NCBI GenBank assembly: GCA_020849275.1
Contig: JADLGO010000064.1
Span: forward strand, 6,289 to 70,288
DNA from: Chthonomonadales bacterium
Lineage (GTDB): Bacteria > Armatimonadota > Chthonomonadetes > Chthonomonadales > CAJBBX01
DNA length: 64,000 bases
Reading direction: 5' to 3'
Shown: piece by piece, positions 8,326-16,122 of the stretch
Position numbering within the stretch: position 1 is the stretch's first letter
Layout: each line of letters starts with the position of its first letter
Made by a program: the position numbers and the translations under genes
Notes under the pieces: generated by a model
The model's database searches: none
What the model was told of the DNA's origin: nothing
Seen by the model: only the letters and a program-made list of their open reading frames with translations

Positions 8326-11009
8326 CCCGCGCCCGCGCGCTTCTCGGCTTGCTCGCGCTGGCGACGCTCGGAGCCCCGCCAGCGGCCGGCGGGACCGCCC
8401 ACCGTGCCGTGGGCGCCGGCCCACCCAACCCGGACTTCGAGACCGGCGACCTGCGCGGCTGGACCGCCGACGCGAACTGGACCGTCGACGACAACTCGGC
8501 CGGCGGCTGGTACAGCGGCTGGCAGGGGCGATGGTTCGCGTGGAGCGGCCGCGGCGGCGAGCCGAGGACGGGGCGTCTGCGCTCGGCGCCCTTCACGCTC
8601 GACCATGACGGCGTGGAGGTCTGGGTGGCCGGCTGGGCCGACATCTCCGGCCGCACGACGGACCGCTGGAACTACGTGTCGCTGCGCCTGGAGGACGGCC
8701 GCGAGGTCGATCGCGTCTACGCGCCGAACAGCGTCGCCTTCGTGCCGCTCGTGCTGGACGGCAGCGGCCATCGCGGGCGCAAGGTGGTGCTGGAGGCGGT
8801 CGACGACGGCGATCAGTCCGTGTTCTCGATGATCTGCATCGACCACGTGCGCACCGTGGACCTGCGACCGGCCCCGCGCGCCACCTGGCGCGACCCGGCC
8901 GGCTCCCACGTGCTCGAGAACGCGAGCTGCCGCGTGGAGGTGAGCCGGCGCAACGGCTCGATCACGCGCATCCGTGATCGCGTGGGCGGTCTGGAGCTGA
9001 TCGGCGAGCCACGGCTGGCGGGCAGCTTCAAGCTGACGCTGCCCATGCCAGGGCGCGAGGCGTGGCGGGCCACGGAGGCAAACGAGGTGCTCGGCAGCGC
9101 GCAGCGGCTGACGAGCGTGCGCCGCGCGCGCGATTCGCTGGAGCTCACCTGGGCCGGCCCGCTGCGCGCGGCGTCCGGCAGGCGCTACCCGGTCTCGGTG
9201 ACGATGCGCATCGCCCTCGGCGGCGAGGAGGTGCGCTTCGACCTGATCGTGCGCAACCGGAGCCGGCTGCCCGTGGGCGAGGTGTGGTACCCGCTGATCG
9301 GCGGCATGAGGGGCCTTGGCGCGCGCGCGAGGGACTGGGAGCGCACCGTGCTCTACCTGCCCACGGGGGCGGGGTTGGCGTCCGCGCGCCCGTTCCACAC
9401 CTTCCAGAACATGAGCTGGCTGGGCGTCATCGGCGCCGAGCAGTACTACGCCTACCCCGACTCGCTCTCGATGCCGTGGATCGACCTGCAGGCGCCGCGG
9501 CTCCGGCGGGGCGTCTGGTTCGCGGCGCTCGATCGGGCCAGCCGCTTGAAGGTGGCGCACCTGGAGATGTCGCCCGGCCTGGCCTCCGCGCGCCCCGGCG
9601 GCAACTGGCCCCGCCCGGAGGAGCTGCGCGGCCTTCCTGCCGGGGTGCGGGCCTGCTGGGTGCACATGCCCTATAAGCCGGCCGGCCGTGACTTCAGCGC
9701 CTCGACGGTGGTCCTGCGCTTCCATTCCGGCGGCTGGCGCGAGGCGGCGCGCCTCTACGGCGTCTGGTGGCGCGCCGGGCACACGGGCCCGGCGCCCGAA
9801 CCGGGTGACGCCTGGCAGGAGTGCGCGCCGGAGCGCTTCGATGACCTGCCCGCCCTCGCGCGCGGGGCGGCCGCCGCCGGCGTTCGCACGCTGCTGTTGG
9901 TCGACTGGAAGGCAGGCGGGTATGGCGACGGCGTGCCGCGGCTGGAGCCGGACGCGGCCCGGGGCGGCGCTGAGGGGCTGCGCGCCGCCCTCGCTGCCTG
10001 CCGTGCGCTCGGCGTGCGCGTGCTGCTGCGCGCCGGCCTGCAGCCCGTCTCGCTGCACGACGAGTGGTGCCGGCGCGTGCTGGCGCCGTTCGTCTGCCGC
10101 GACCGCTGGGGGGTGGAGCCTTCGGCGTTCGGCTGGGGGTCCGGATCGACGCTCTGGGAGCGGTGGGGCTCCGGCGAGCGGCGCGTGTGGCTGACGCTGG
10201 GCGCGCCCGGACTGCGCGCGGAGCTTGCAGCGCAGGCACGACGGCTGGCCACGCTGGGCGTGGACGGCCTGCACTTCGACTCCTACTTCGGGCGCACGCT
10301 GGACTTCAACCCTCTTTCCGGCTCGACGCCGGACCGAGCAGCGTGGGAGGGCGGCCTGGCCGCCGCGCGCGACATGCGGAGCGCGGGCGATGGCGCGCGC
10401 CCGGGCTTCACGGTGACGTTCGACGACGTGCGCGACGGCCTGGTCGCGTTCGGAGGCGCTTCGCGCGCGGCGGCCGCGGAGCCCTCCGCGTTCCGCGAGG
10501 CCTTCCCGCGCTGGCGACCGGACGTGCAGGCGGCCTCGCCGGACGCCCTCGGCGCCGTCGGGGAGGCACTGCGGCTGGGGGCGCGGGTGCGCGTGACGCT
10601 GCCCGGCGGGCTCACGCTGGCCGACGCGCGGTGCGCGGCGCTGGCCGCTCGTCTGCGGGAGCTCGGGGCCATTCGCGCGGCGCTCCCCGCGAGCCTGGCG
10701 CGCGGCGAGCCGCTGGACCCGGCCGGAGCGGACGTGCAGGGCGGCCTGCCGGTCGGCCTGTGGCGCGACCCGGCGACGGGCCGGCGCGCTTGCGTGGTGA
10801 CGAACCCCGGCGCATCGGCGGGGTCGGTCACGGTGCACGGGCTCGGCGGCGGCCGTCGCGCAGCGCGGATCTACCGCCCGGGCTTGTCCGCGCGGGCCGT
10901 TGCGCTCCCCGCCACACTCACGGTGGAGCCTGGCGGCTTCGTGGTCATTGCCGAGCGCGAGGGAGCCCCGGTACCACGGGCTTCGACGGAGGGCGCCGGG
11001 GTACACTGA
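8322..11009 (+). CDS. Paralog B of the preceding GH-like protein with an extra N-terminal CBM4/9-like beta-sandwich domain
   Basis: ATGA overlap with paralog A. Signal peptide MTRARALLGLLALATLGAPPAAG. N-terminal NPDFETGDLRGWT... lectin/CBM-like segment of about 180 aa. Blocks alignable with paralog A include RFDLIVRNRSRLPVGEVWYPLIGG, VVLRFHSGGWREAARLYGVWW and GVDGLHFDSYF. Confidence 0.7.
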   Translation: MTRARALLGLLALATLGAPPAAGGTAHRAVGAGPPNPDFETGDLRGWTADANWTVDDNSAGGWYSGWQGRWFAWSGRGGEPRTGRLRSAPFTLDHDGVEVWVAGWADISGRTTDRWNYVSLRLEDGREVDRVYAPNSVAFVPLVLDGSGHRGRKVVLEAVDDGDQSVFSMICIDHVRTVDLRPAPRATWRDPAGSHVLENASCRVEVSRRNGSITRIRDRVGGLELIGEPRLAGSFKLTLPMPGREAWRATEANEVLGSAQRLTSVRRARDSLELTWAGPLRAASGRRYPVSVTMRIALGGEEVRFDLIVRNRSRLPVGEVWYPLIGGMRGLGARARDWERTVLYLPTGAGLASARPFHTFQNMSWLGVIGAEQYYAYPDSLSMPWIDLQAPRLRRGVWFAALDRASRLKVAHLEMSPGLASARPGGNWPRPEELRGLPAGVRACWVHMPYKPAGRDFSASTVVLRFHSGGWREAARLYGVWWRAGHTGPAPEPGDAWQECAPERFDDLPALARGAAAAGVRTLLLVDWKAGGYGDGVPRLEPDAARGGAEGLRAALAACRALGVRVLLRAGLQPVSLHDEWCRRVLAPFVCRDRWGVEPSAFGWGSGSTLWERWGSGERRVWLTLGAPGLRAELAAQARRLATLGVDGLHFDSYFGRTLDFNPLSGSTPDRAAWEGGLAAARDMRSAGDGARPGFTVTFDDVRDGLVAFGGASRAAAAEPSAFREAFPRWRPDVQAASPDALGAVGEALRLGARVRVTLPGGLTLADARCAALAARLRELGAIRAALPASLARGEPLDPAGADVQGGLPVGLWRDPATGRRACVVTNPGASAGSVTVHGLGGGRRAARIYRPGLSARAVALPATLTVEPGGFVVIAEREGAPVPRASTEGAGVH

Positions 11010-11079
11010 GGCCGGCAGCCTTCGGCGCGCGCCCTCACCGCCCCGCCGCGACGGCTCCACATCCTTCAGGAGAACCCGC

Positions 11080-12009
11080 ATGCATTGGTCCATCATCGCG
11101 CTGGCGCTTGCCGCCGTGGCGGCCTCGGCGCCGTGCGCCGCCGCGCCCCGCAAGGTCATCCTCGACACCGACATCGGCGACGATGTGGACGACGCCTACG
11201 CCCTCGCCCTTGTCTGCGCGGACCCCAACGTCCGGCTCCTGGGCGTCACCACTGCCTTCGGCGACACGGCCAGGCGCGCCGAGCTCGCGGCGAGGCTCCT
11301 CTCCGTGCTCGGCAAACCCGAGGTGCCCGTGCGCGCCGGGCGCGCCGGTGGGCACCCGATCGGGCGGCAGTACGAGTGGGCGCGCGGGTTCCGCTCGCGC
11401 GCTCTGGCCGATGAGGAGGCCGTCGCGTTCATCAAGCGGCAGGTCGATCGGGCGCCCGGGGAGGTCACCCTCGTCGCCGTCGGAGCGCTCACGAACCTGG
11501 GCGATCTGGTGACGCGCCACCCGCGGTCGGCGAGGAAGATCCGCGAGATCGTGATCATGGGCGGGGCGGTCCACGTCGGCTACTCCAACAAGCCGCCCGT
11601 TGAGCCGGAGTGGAACATCCGCTGCGATCCGGCGGCGGCCCGAGCGGTCTACTCCAGCGGCGTTCCGCTCACGATGGCCGGCCTGGAGGCTACCACGATG
11701 CTCCAGCTCGACGTGGAGCGGCAGAAGCGCCTGTTCGCGCAGGGCGGCCGGGCCACGGACGCGCTCGCCGCGCTCACCGTGCTCTGGGGCAACGGCGTGC
11801 CCACCCTCTTCGACCCGATGGCGGTGGCATGGGCGCTGGGCCATCGCTTCTGCCAGACGGAGCGGCTACGCGTGGAGGTGGAGGAGAGCGGCCTGACGCG
11901 CATCGTGGAGGGCGAGCCGAATGTCACGGTCCTGATAGAGCCGCGCAAGGACGCCTTCCTGGACTGGTACGTGCAGGCGCTGGCGCCGCTCTCCGCGTCG
12001 CGACGCTGA
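11080..12009 (+). CDS. Secreted inosine/uridine-preferring nucleoside hydrolase family protein
   Basis: Track ORF 10900..12009 trimmed to ATG 11080 (AGGAG 7 nt upstream). Signal peptide MHWSIIALALAAVAASAPCAA, then ILDTDIGDDVDDAYALAL (an IUNH Asp-cluster motif). Confidence 0.8.
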   Translation: MHWSIIALALAAVAASAPCAAAPRKVILDTDIGDDVDDAYALALVCADPNVRLLGVTTAFGDTARRAELAARLLSVLGKPEVPVRAGRAGGHPIGRQYEWARGFRSRALADEEAVAFIKRQVDRAPGEVTLVAVGALTNLGDLVTRHPRSARKIREIVIMGGAVHVGYSNKPPVEPEWNIRCDPAAARAVYSSGVPLTMAGLEATTMLQLDVERQKRLFAQGGRATDALAALTVLWGNGVPTLFDPMAVAWALGHRFCQTERLRVEVEESGLTRIVEGEPNVTVLIEPRKDAFLDWYVQALAPLSASRR

Positions 12010-12022
12010 GAGGGGGCCCGCC

Positions 12023-14107
12023 CTATCGGCGAGCGCCCCGCATCAGCCGCAGCAGCTTCCCCTCGCCCGGGCCGAGGTCCACGTGTGCCACCCCATCGCT
12101 GCCCAGTGGCGCGCCGGTCGCCGCGTCGCGCGCCAGGGCGCCCGGCGGGAGCCCGACGCTGGCGAGCGCGGGCGCGCGCGTGTCGCGGTTCACCACGCAC
12201 AGGTAGTCGCCGCCGTCCGCGTGCCGGAACGCCTGCGCGTCGATGGAGGGCGAGTCGCACCGGGCCAGGTCGTTCGGACGCCAGCGCAGTCGCAGGAGCG
12301 TCGGGGCAAGCCGGCGCACCGCCGCGTTCACCGCGCGCACCTCGGCGTAGCGGTGGTCCATCGGCCGCAGGTCCATGTCCACGATTCCCTGGAGCCACTC
12401 GCCCTGCACGCCGGTCGTTGACTGGTAGAGGAAGTAGACGATCCCCTTGGCGCCGTGCGCGATCGCCTCCCAGACCATCAGCCGGACCTCGTTGGGCGCG
12501 GGGATGGCGCGCGGCGCGGGCTTGCCGAACCCGAAGCACTGCGGAATGACCCAGACCGGCCGCCCTCCGGCGATCTCCCGCGCGCGGTCGACGGCGGCCA
12601 CGTAGCTCTCGAGTGGCGCTCCGGCCAGGGGCGCGCCCGTCACCGGGTAGATGTCCACCAGCAGCACGTGGTAGCCGACCTCCCGGAAGAGCTCGGCATA
12701 GTCGCCCAGCAGGCAGGTGAAGCCGGGATGGCCGGGGTCCAGGGCCTCCACCACGCGCTTGGCGAGAGCGATCCGGGCGCGATTCTCCGGCGTGGGCGAG
12801 GGCTCGTCCACCAGGTAGTAGCCCAGAGTGGCCGGGTGGCGGCGCACGCCGTTGACGGCCTCGCGGAACTCGCGCACCCAGTCGCGCGACTCGAAGGAGG
12901 CCGGGTTCCAGAGGAAGCTGTTCACCTCGTCGAGGTGCACGATGACGCGGATGCCGTGGCGGCGCGCAGCGTCCAGAAGCGCCCGCCGGTGGTCGCGCGG
13001 GGTCCAGTTGGCGATGACCGTGTCCACTCCGAGGCCCTGAAGGTCGGCCAGCGTGCGCTCGAAGTAGGCGGCCGCGCGGGCCGGGTCGTCCACGTGGCGG
13101 TTGATGTAGCTGGCGTCCTCCTCCCAGAAGTACCAGGCCCCCAGGGGGAATCGCTCCGCCGCGCGCACCGGCGCCGGGCGCCAGCGCAGCCGGGCGTCCA
13201 CGAACAGTGGCGCCTCGCGCACCTCCGGCGCCTCGCCGGGCCGCTCGGCGGTCAGGCGCAGTCGGAACGCGCCGCCCCGGCCCAGCGCGTCGCGCGCCGC
13301 GGCGGGCAGGTCGGCGGAGGCCAGCGAGCGGCGGCCCGCCGGCTCCTTGCACGTCGGAAGCACCGCCGCGGCCACGCGGCCGCGCGCGTCCAGCAGGTCG
13401 ACGCGCGCCGTCGCCGGCGCGGCCAGCGTCCAGCGGAGGGTGAAGGCGTCGAGCACCCCATCGGGCGTCGGGCAGAAGCTGCTCGGCTCGGCGGTAACGG
13501 TGTCGGCAAGCGTTCCGGTGACGCGCAGGTTGTCCACGAGCACGGGCGCGGCGACGGAGAAGGAGTCGATGTAGCCCAGCCGCATCGGGCCGGGCGCGAT
13601 GCCTCGGCCGTAGTCGTCGCGGGCGGCGACGTGGCCATCCACCTCCAGGGTGCGCCCGTCGGGCCCGTAGGTGAAGGCGACGTGCCGCCACCGCCCGACG
13701 GGCCAGTCAACCCCGGCGGCCATCAGCCAGCGCCAGCCGCCATCGAAGACGCCGAACCGCAGTTCCGCGGTGTCACGATCCCAGTAGATCACGCTCGCGC
13801 CGCGCCACGCGCCCGCGGCGCCCACGTCGGTGAGCAGCATCCAGTGGCGTCCGTCGTGGCGCGGGACGATGGCCTCGTGGGGCGCCAGGTCGAGCTCCAC
13901 GCGGCCTGCCTCGCGCGGGAAGGCCGTCGCGGGATAGCGCACGCAGGCCGCGCCGGCCAGGCGCGCGGCGCGACCCGTGGGGCCCTCGACGAGGGTGGCC
14001 CCGCCCTCCAGCGTCGACGCCGGCGCGGCGTCGAAGGTGTCGAACAGGCTCTCGTAGGCGGCGGGCGCGCCCGAGAGCACGGTGCAGAGCAGCAGCGGAA
14101 CGAGCAT
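12023..14107 (-). CDS. Secreted LamG/concanavalin-like lectin domain + TIM-barrel glycosidase-like protein
   Basis: Track ORF trimmed to the ATG at 14105-14107 (signal MLVPLLLCTVLSGAPAA). The N-terminal about 230 aa look LamG-like (WRHVAFTYGPDGRTLEVDGHVAA). The C-terminal barrel has GYYLVDEP and GAKGIVYFLYQ. Confidence 0.65.
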   Translation of the reverse strand: MLVPLLLCTVLSGAPAAYESLFDTFDAAPASTLEGGATLVEGPTGRAARLAGAACVRYPATAFPREAGRVELDLAPHEAIVPRHDGRHWMLLTDVGAAGAWRGASVIYWDRDTAELRFGVFDGGWRWLMAAGVDWPVGRWRHVAFTYGPDGRTLEVDGHVAARDDYGRGIAPGPMRLGYIDSFSVAAPVLVDNLRVTGTLADTVTAEPSSFCPTPDGVLDAFTLRWTLAAPATARVDLLDARGRVAAAVLPTCKEPAGRRSLASADLPAAARDALGRGGAFRLRLTAERPGEAPEVREAPLFVDARLRWRPAPVRAAERFPLGAWYFWEEDASYINRHVDDPARAAAYFERTLADLQGLGVDTVIANWTPRDHRRALLDAARRHGIRVIVHLDEVNSFLWNPASFESRDWVREFREAVNGVRRHPATLGYYLVDEPSPTPENRARIALAKRVVEALDPGHPGFTCLLGDYAELFREVGYHVLLVDIYPVTGAPLAGAPLESYVAAVDRAREIAGGRPVWVIPQCFGFGKPAPRAIPAPNEVRLMVWEAIAHGAKGIVYFLYQSTTGVQGEWLQGIVDMDLRPMDHRYAEVRAVNAAVRRLAPTLLRLRWRPNDLARCDSPSIDAQAFRHADGGDYLCVVNRDTRAPALASVGLPPGALARDAATGAPLGSDGVAHVDLGPGEGKLLRLMRGARR

Positions 14108-14214
14108 CGCGGGATCCCTCTCCGGGCCGCGCGTCGGCCAACGAGCAGGCGTTCGGCGCGTCGTCCGCGGCATCCTTCACGGGCTCGGTGTGACCGAATC
14201 CGCCGCCAAGAACC

Positions 14215-14243
14215 TTGACATCGGCCGGCGACAGGATTATCTT
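14215..14243 (+). promoter_or_regulatory. Sigma70-like promoter TTGACA-17 nt-TATCTT upstream of the methyltransferase gene
   Basis: TTGACA at 14215-14220 and TATCTT at 14238-14243, spacer exactly 17 nt. An ACTAGT-centred AT-rich element (GCTAACTAGTAGC, 14251-14263) lies just downstream. Confidence 0.5.
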
Positions 14244-14341
14244 TAGTGTAGCTAACTAGTAGCGCGCTCCGGGCCAGTGTGCGCGGACCGCGGCTGCTCA
14301 CGAGCAGAGACCCCGTTCACGACGACGAAGGAGAGTATCCC

Positions 14342-15418
14342 ATGACGGCTACGATCTCGGAACCGAGAGTGGATCCGGCGAAGCTCGAGGCGTTTCTGGG
14401 CCGCGTGATCGGCGACATCGGCGCTGCAATGAGCTGCGGCCTGGCGCGCATCGGCGACCGGCTCGGCCTCTACAGGGCGATGGCCGGCGCCGGCCCCATC
14501 ACCGCCGGGCAGCTGGCCGAGCGCACCGGGACCGCCGAGCGCTACGTGCGTGAGTGGCTGATCAACCAGGCGGCCGGCGGCTACGTCGAGTACGACGCCG
14601 GAACGGAGCGCTACACGCTTCCCGCCGAGCACGCCATCGCCCTGGCCGACGAGTCGGCCCCCTTCTTCGTGGGCGGCGGCTTCCAGGTCGCGCTCGCCAT
14701 GCTCAAGGCGGAGCCGCGCATCGCGGACGCCTTCCGCACCGGCGAGGGCATGCTCTGGGGCGAGCACGACTCCGAGCTGTTCCCCGGCACTGCTCGCTTC
14801 TTCCGTCCTGGCTACGCGGCGCATCTCGTCTCCGAGTGGATCCCGGCCCTCGACGGGGTCGAGGAGCGGTTGCGGGCCGGAGGAAAGGTGGCGGACATCG
14901 GTTGCGGCTTCGGCGCGTCCACCATCCTGATGGCGAGCGCGTACCCGCGGTCGCGCTTCCTTGGCTTCGACACCCATGCGCCCTCGATCGAGCGGGCCCG
15001 CATGGCGGCCGGGGAGGCGGGCGTGGCGGACCGGGTCACCTTCGAGGTCGCGAGCGCTGCCGAGTTCCCCGGCTCGGGCTACGACCTGGTGACCTTCTTC
15101 GACTGCTTCCACGACATGGGGGACCCGGTGGCGGCCGCCCGTCGCGCCCGGGAGAGCCTGGCGCCCGGCGGCGCGGCGATGATCGTGGAGCCGATGGCTG
15201 GCGAGCGCGTGGAGGAGAACCTCAACCCGATCGGGCGTGCCTACTCCGGAGCGTCCACCCTCTGCTGCACGCCGAACGCGGTGGCCTGCGGCGGCGCCGG
15301 GCTTGGCGCGGTGGCGTCCGACACGGCGCTGCGCGCGGCCGCCGAGGCCGGGGGCTTCAGGCGCTTCCGCCGCGCGGCCGAGACCCCGTTCAACCGCGTG
15401 TTCGACGCGAGGCCCTGA
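14342..15418 (+). CDS. Class I SAM-dependent methyltransferase with N-terminal winged-helix (Rv2258c-like)
   Basis: Trimmed to ATG 14342 (AAGGAG 8 nt upstream). N-terminus KLEAFLGRVIGDIGAAMSCGLARIGDRLGLYRAM...ERYVREWLINQAAGGYV. SAM motif VADIGCGFGAS. Confidence 0.8.
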   Translation: MTATISEPRVDPAKLEAFLGRVIGDIGAAMSCGLARIGDRLGLYRAMAGAGPITAGQLAERTGTAERYVREWLINQAAGGYVEYDAGTERYTLPAEHAIALADESAPFFVGGGFQVALAMLKAEPRIADAFRTGEGMLWGEHDSELFPGTARFFRPGYAAHLVSEWIPALDGVEERLRAGGKVADIGCGFGASTILMASAYPRSRFLGFDTHAPSIERARMAAGEAGVADRVTFEVASAAEFPGSGYDLVTFFDCFHDMGDPVAAARRARESLAPGGAAMIVEPMAGERVEENLNPIGRAYSGASTLCCTPNAVACGGAGLGAVASDTALRAAAEAGGFRRFRRAAETPFNRVFDARP

Positions 15419-15535
15419 CGGCACGCCGGAACGCCCCGCGCGCCGCGCGCGTAGCTTATGCTCAGCGCCGCGCGGGGCGGGCCGCATTCGGGCAGGCTCG
15501 CCGCGGGGCCATCGGCGCGCATGGAGGGGGGACCG

Positions 15536-15961
15536 ATGAACAGGAAGGGGAGCGCCGTCTGGAAAGGCGGACTGAAGGACGGCCGCGGCACCGTGTCGAC
15601 CGACAGCGGGGCGCTGCGCGACGTGGTCTACACGTTCGGCACGCGTTTCGCGGGCGAGCCGGGCACCAACCCGGAGGAGCTGGTCGCCGCCGCCCACGCA
15701 GGGTGCTTCTCGATGGCGCTCAGCCTTGAGCTGGGCAAGGCCGGCCTCACGCCGGAGAGCGTCCGGACCACGTCGACGGTGACGCTGGAGAAGGTGGAGG
15801 ATGGTTTCGCCGTAACGAAGGTGCACCTGGACGTTTTGGCGCGCGTTCCGAACGCCGGGCATGCCGCCTTCGACGCCGCGGCCGGCGCGGCCAGGGCCGG
15901 GTGCCCCATCTCCCGGCTTCTGAGCGCGCCGATCACCATGACGGCGAAACTCGAGGCCTGA
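15536..15961 (+). CDS. osmC: OsmC family peroxiredoxin
   Basis: Trimmed to ATG 15536 (GGAGGGGGG upstream). MNRKGSAVWKGGLKDGRGTVST..., two conserved Cys contexts (AHAGCFSMAL and ARAGCPISR). Confidence 0.85.
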   Translation: MNRKGSAVWKGGLKDGRGTVSTDSGALRDVVYTFGTRFAGEPGTNPEELVAAAHAGCFSMALSLELGKAGLTPESVRTTSTVTLEKVEDGFAVTKVHLDVLARVPNAGHAAFDAAAGAARAGCPISRLLSAPITMTAKLEA

Positions 15962-16122
15962 GGTGGCGCGGCGGCGTCCGGCCGAGCCCGCGCGGTCGGG
16001 CGTGGCAGGGCGCCGCCGACAATCATTAGCGCGGCTAACCACATGCGGCGCGGTTTGTGCTATCATCGGTGCGGCCCGGCGCCGAGCCGGGCACGGCGGC
16101 ACATCGCCCTGGAGGCACCCTC

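Noticed and set aside
8115-11174. 1019-aa ORF on the minus strand, the longest ORF in this region
   Set aside because: It is antisense to the well-supported paralog B gene. The translation is an Arg/Ala/Gly/Pro-rich low-complexity string with no recognisable domain, signal or SD. This is a typical shadow ORF of roughly 70% GC DNA.
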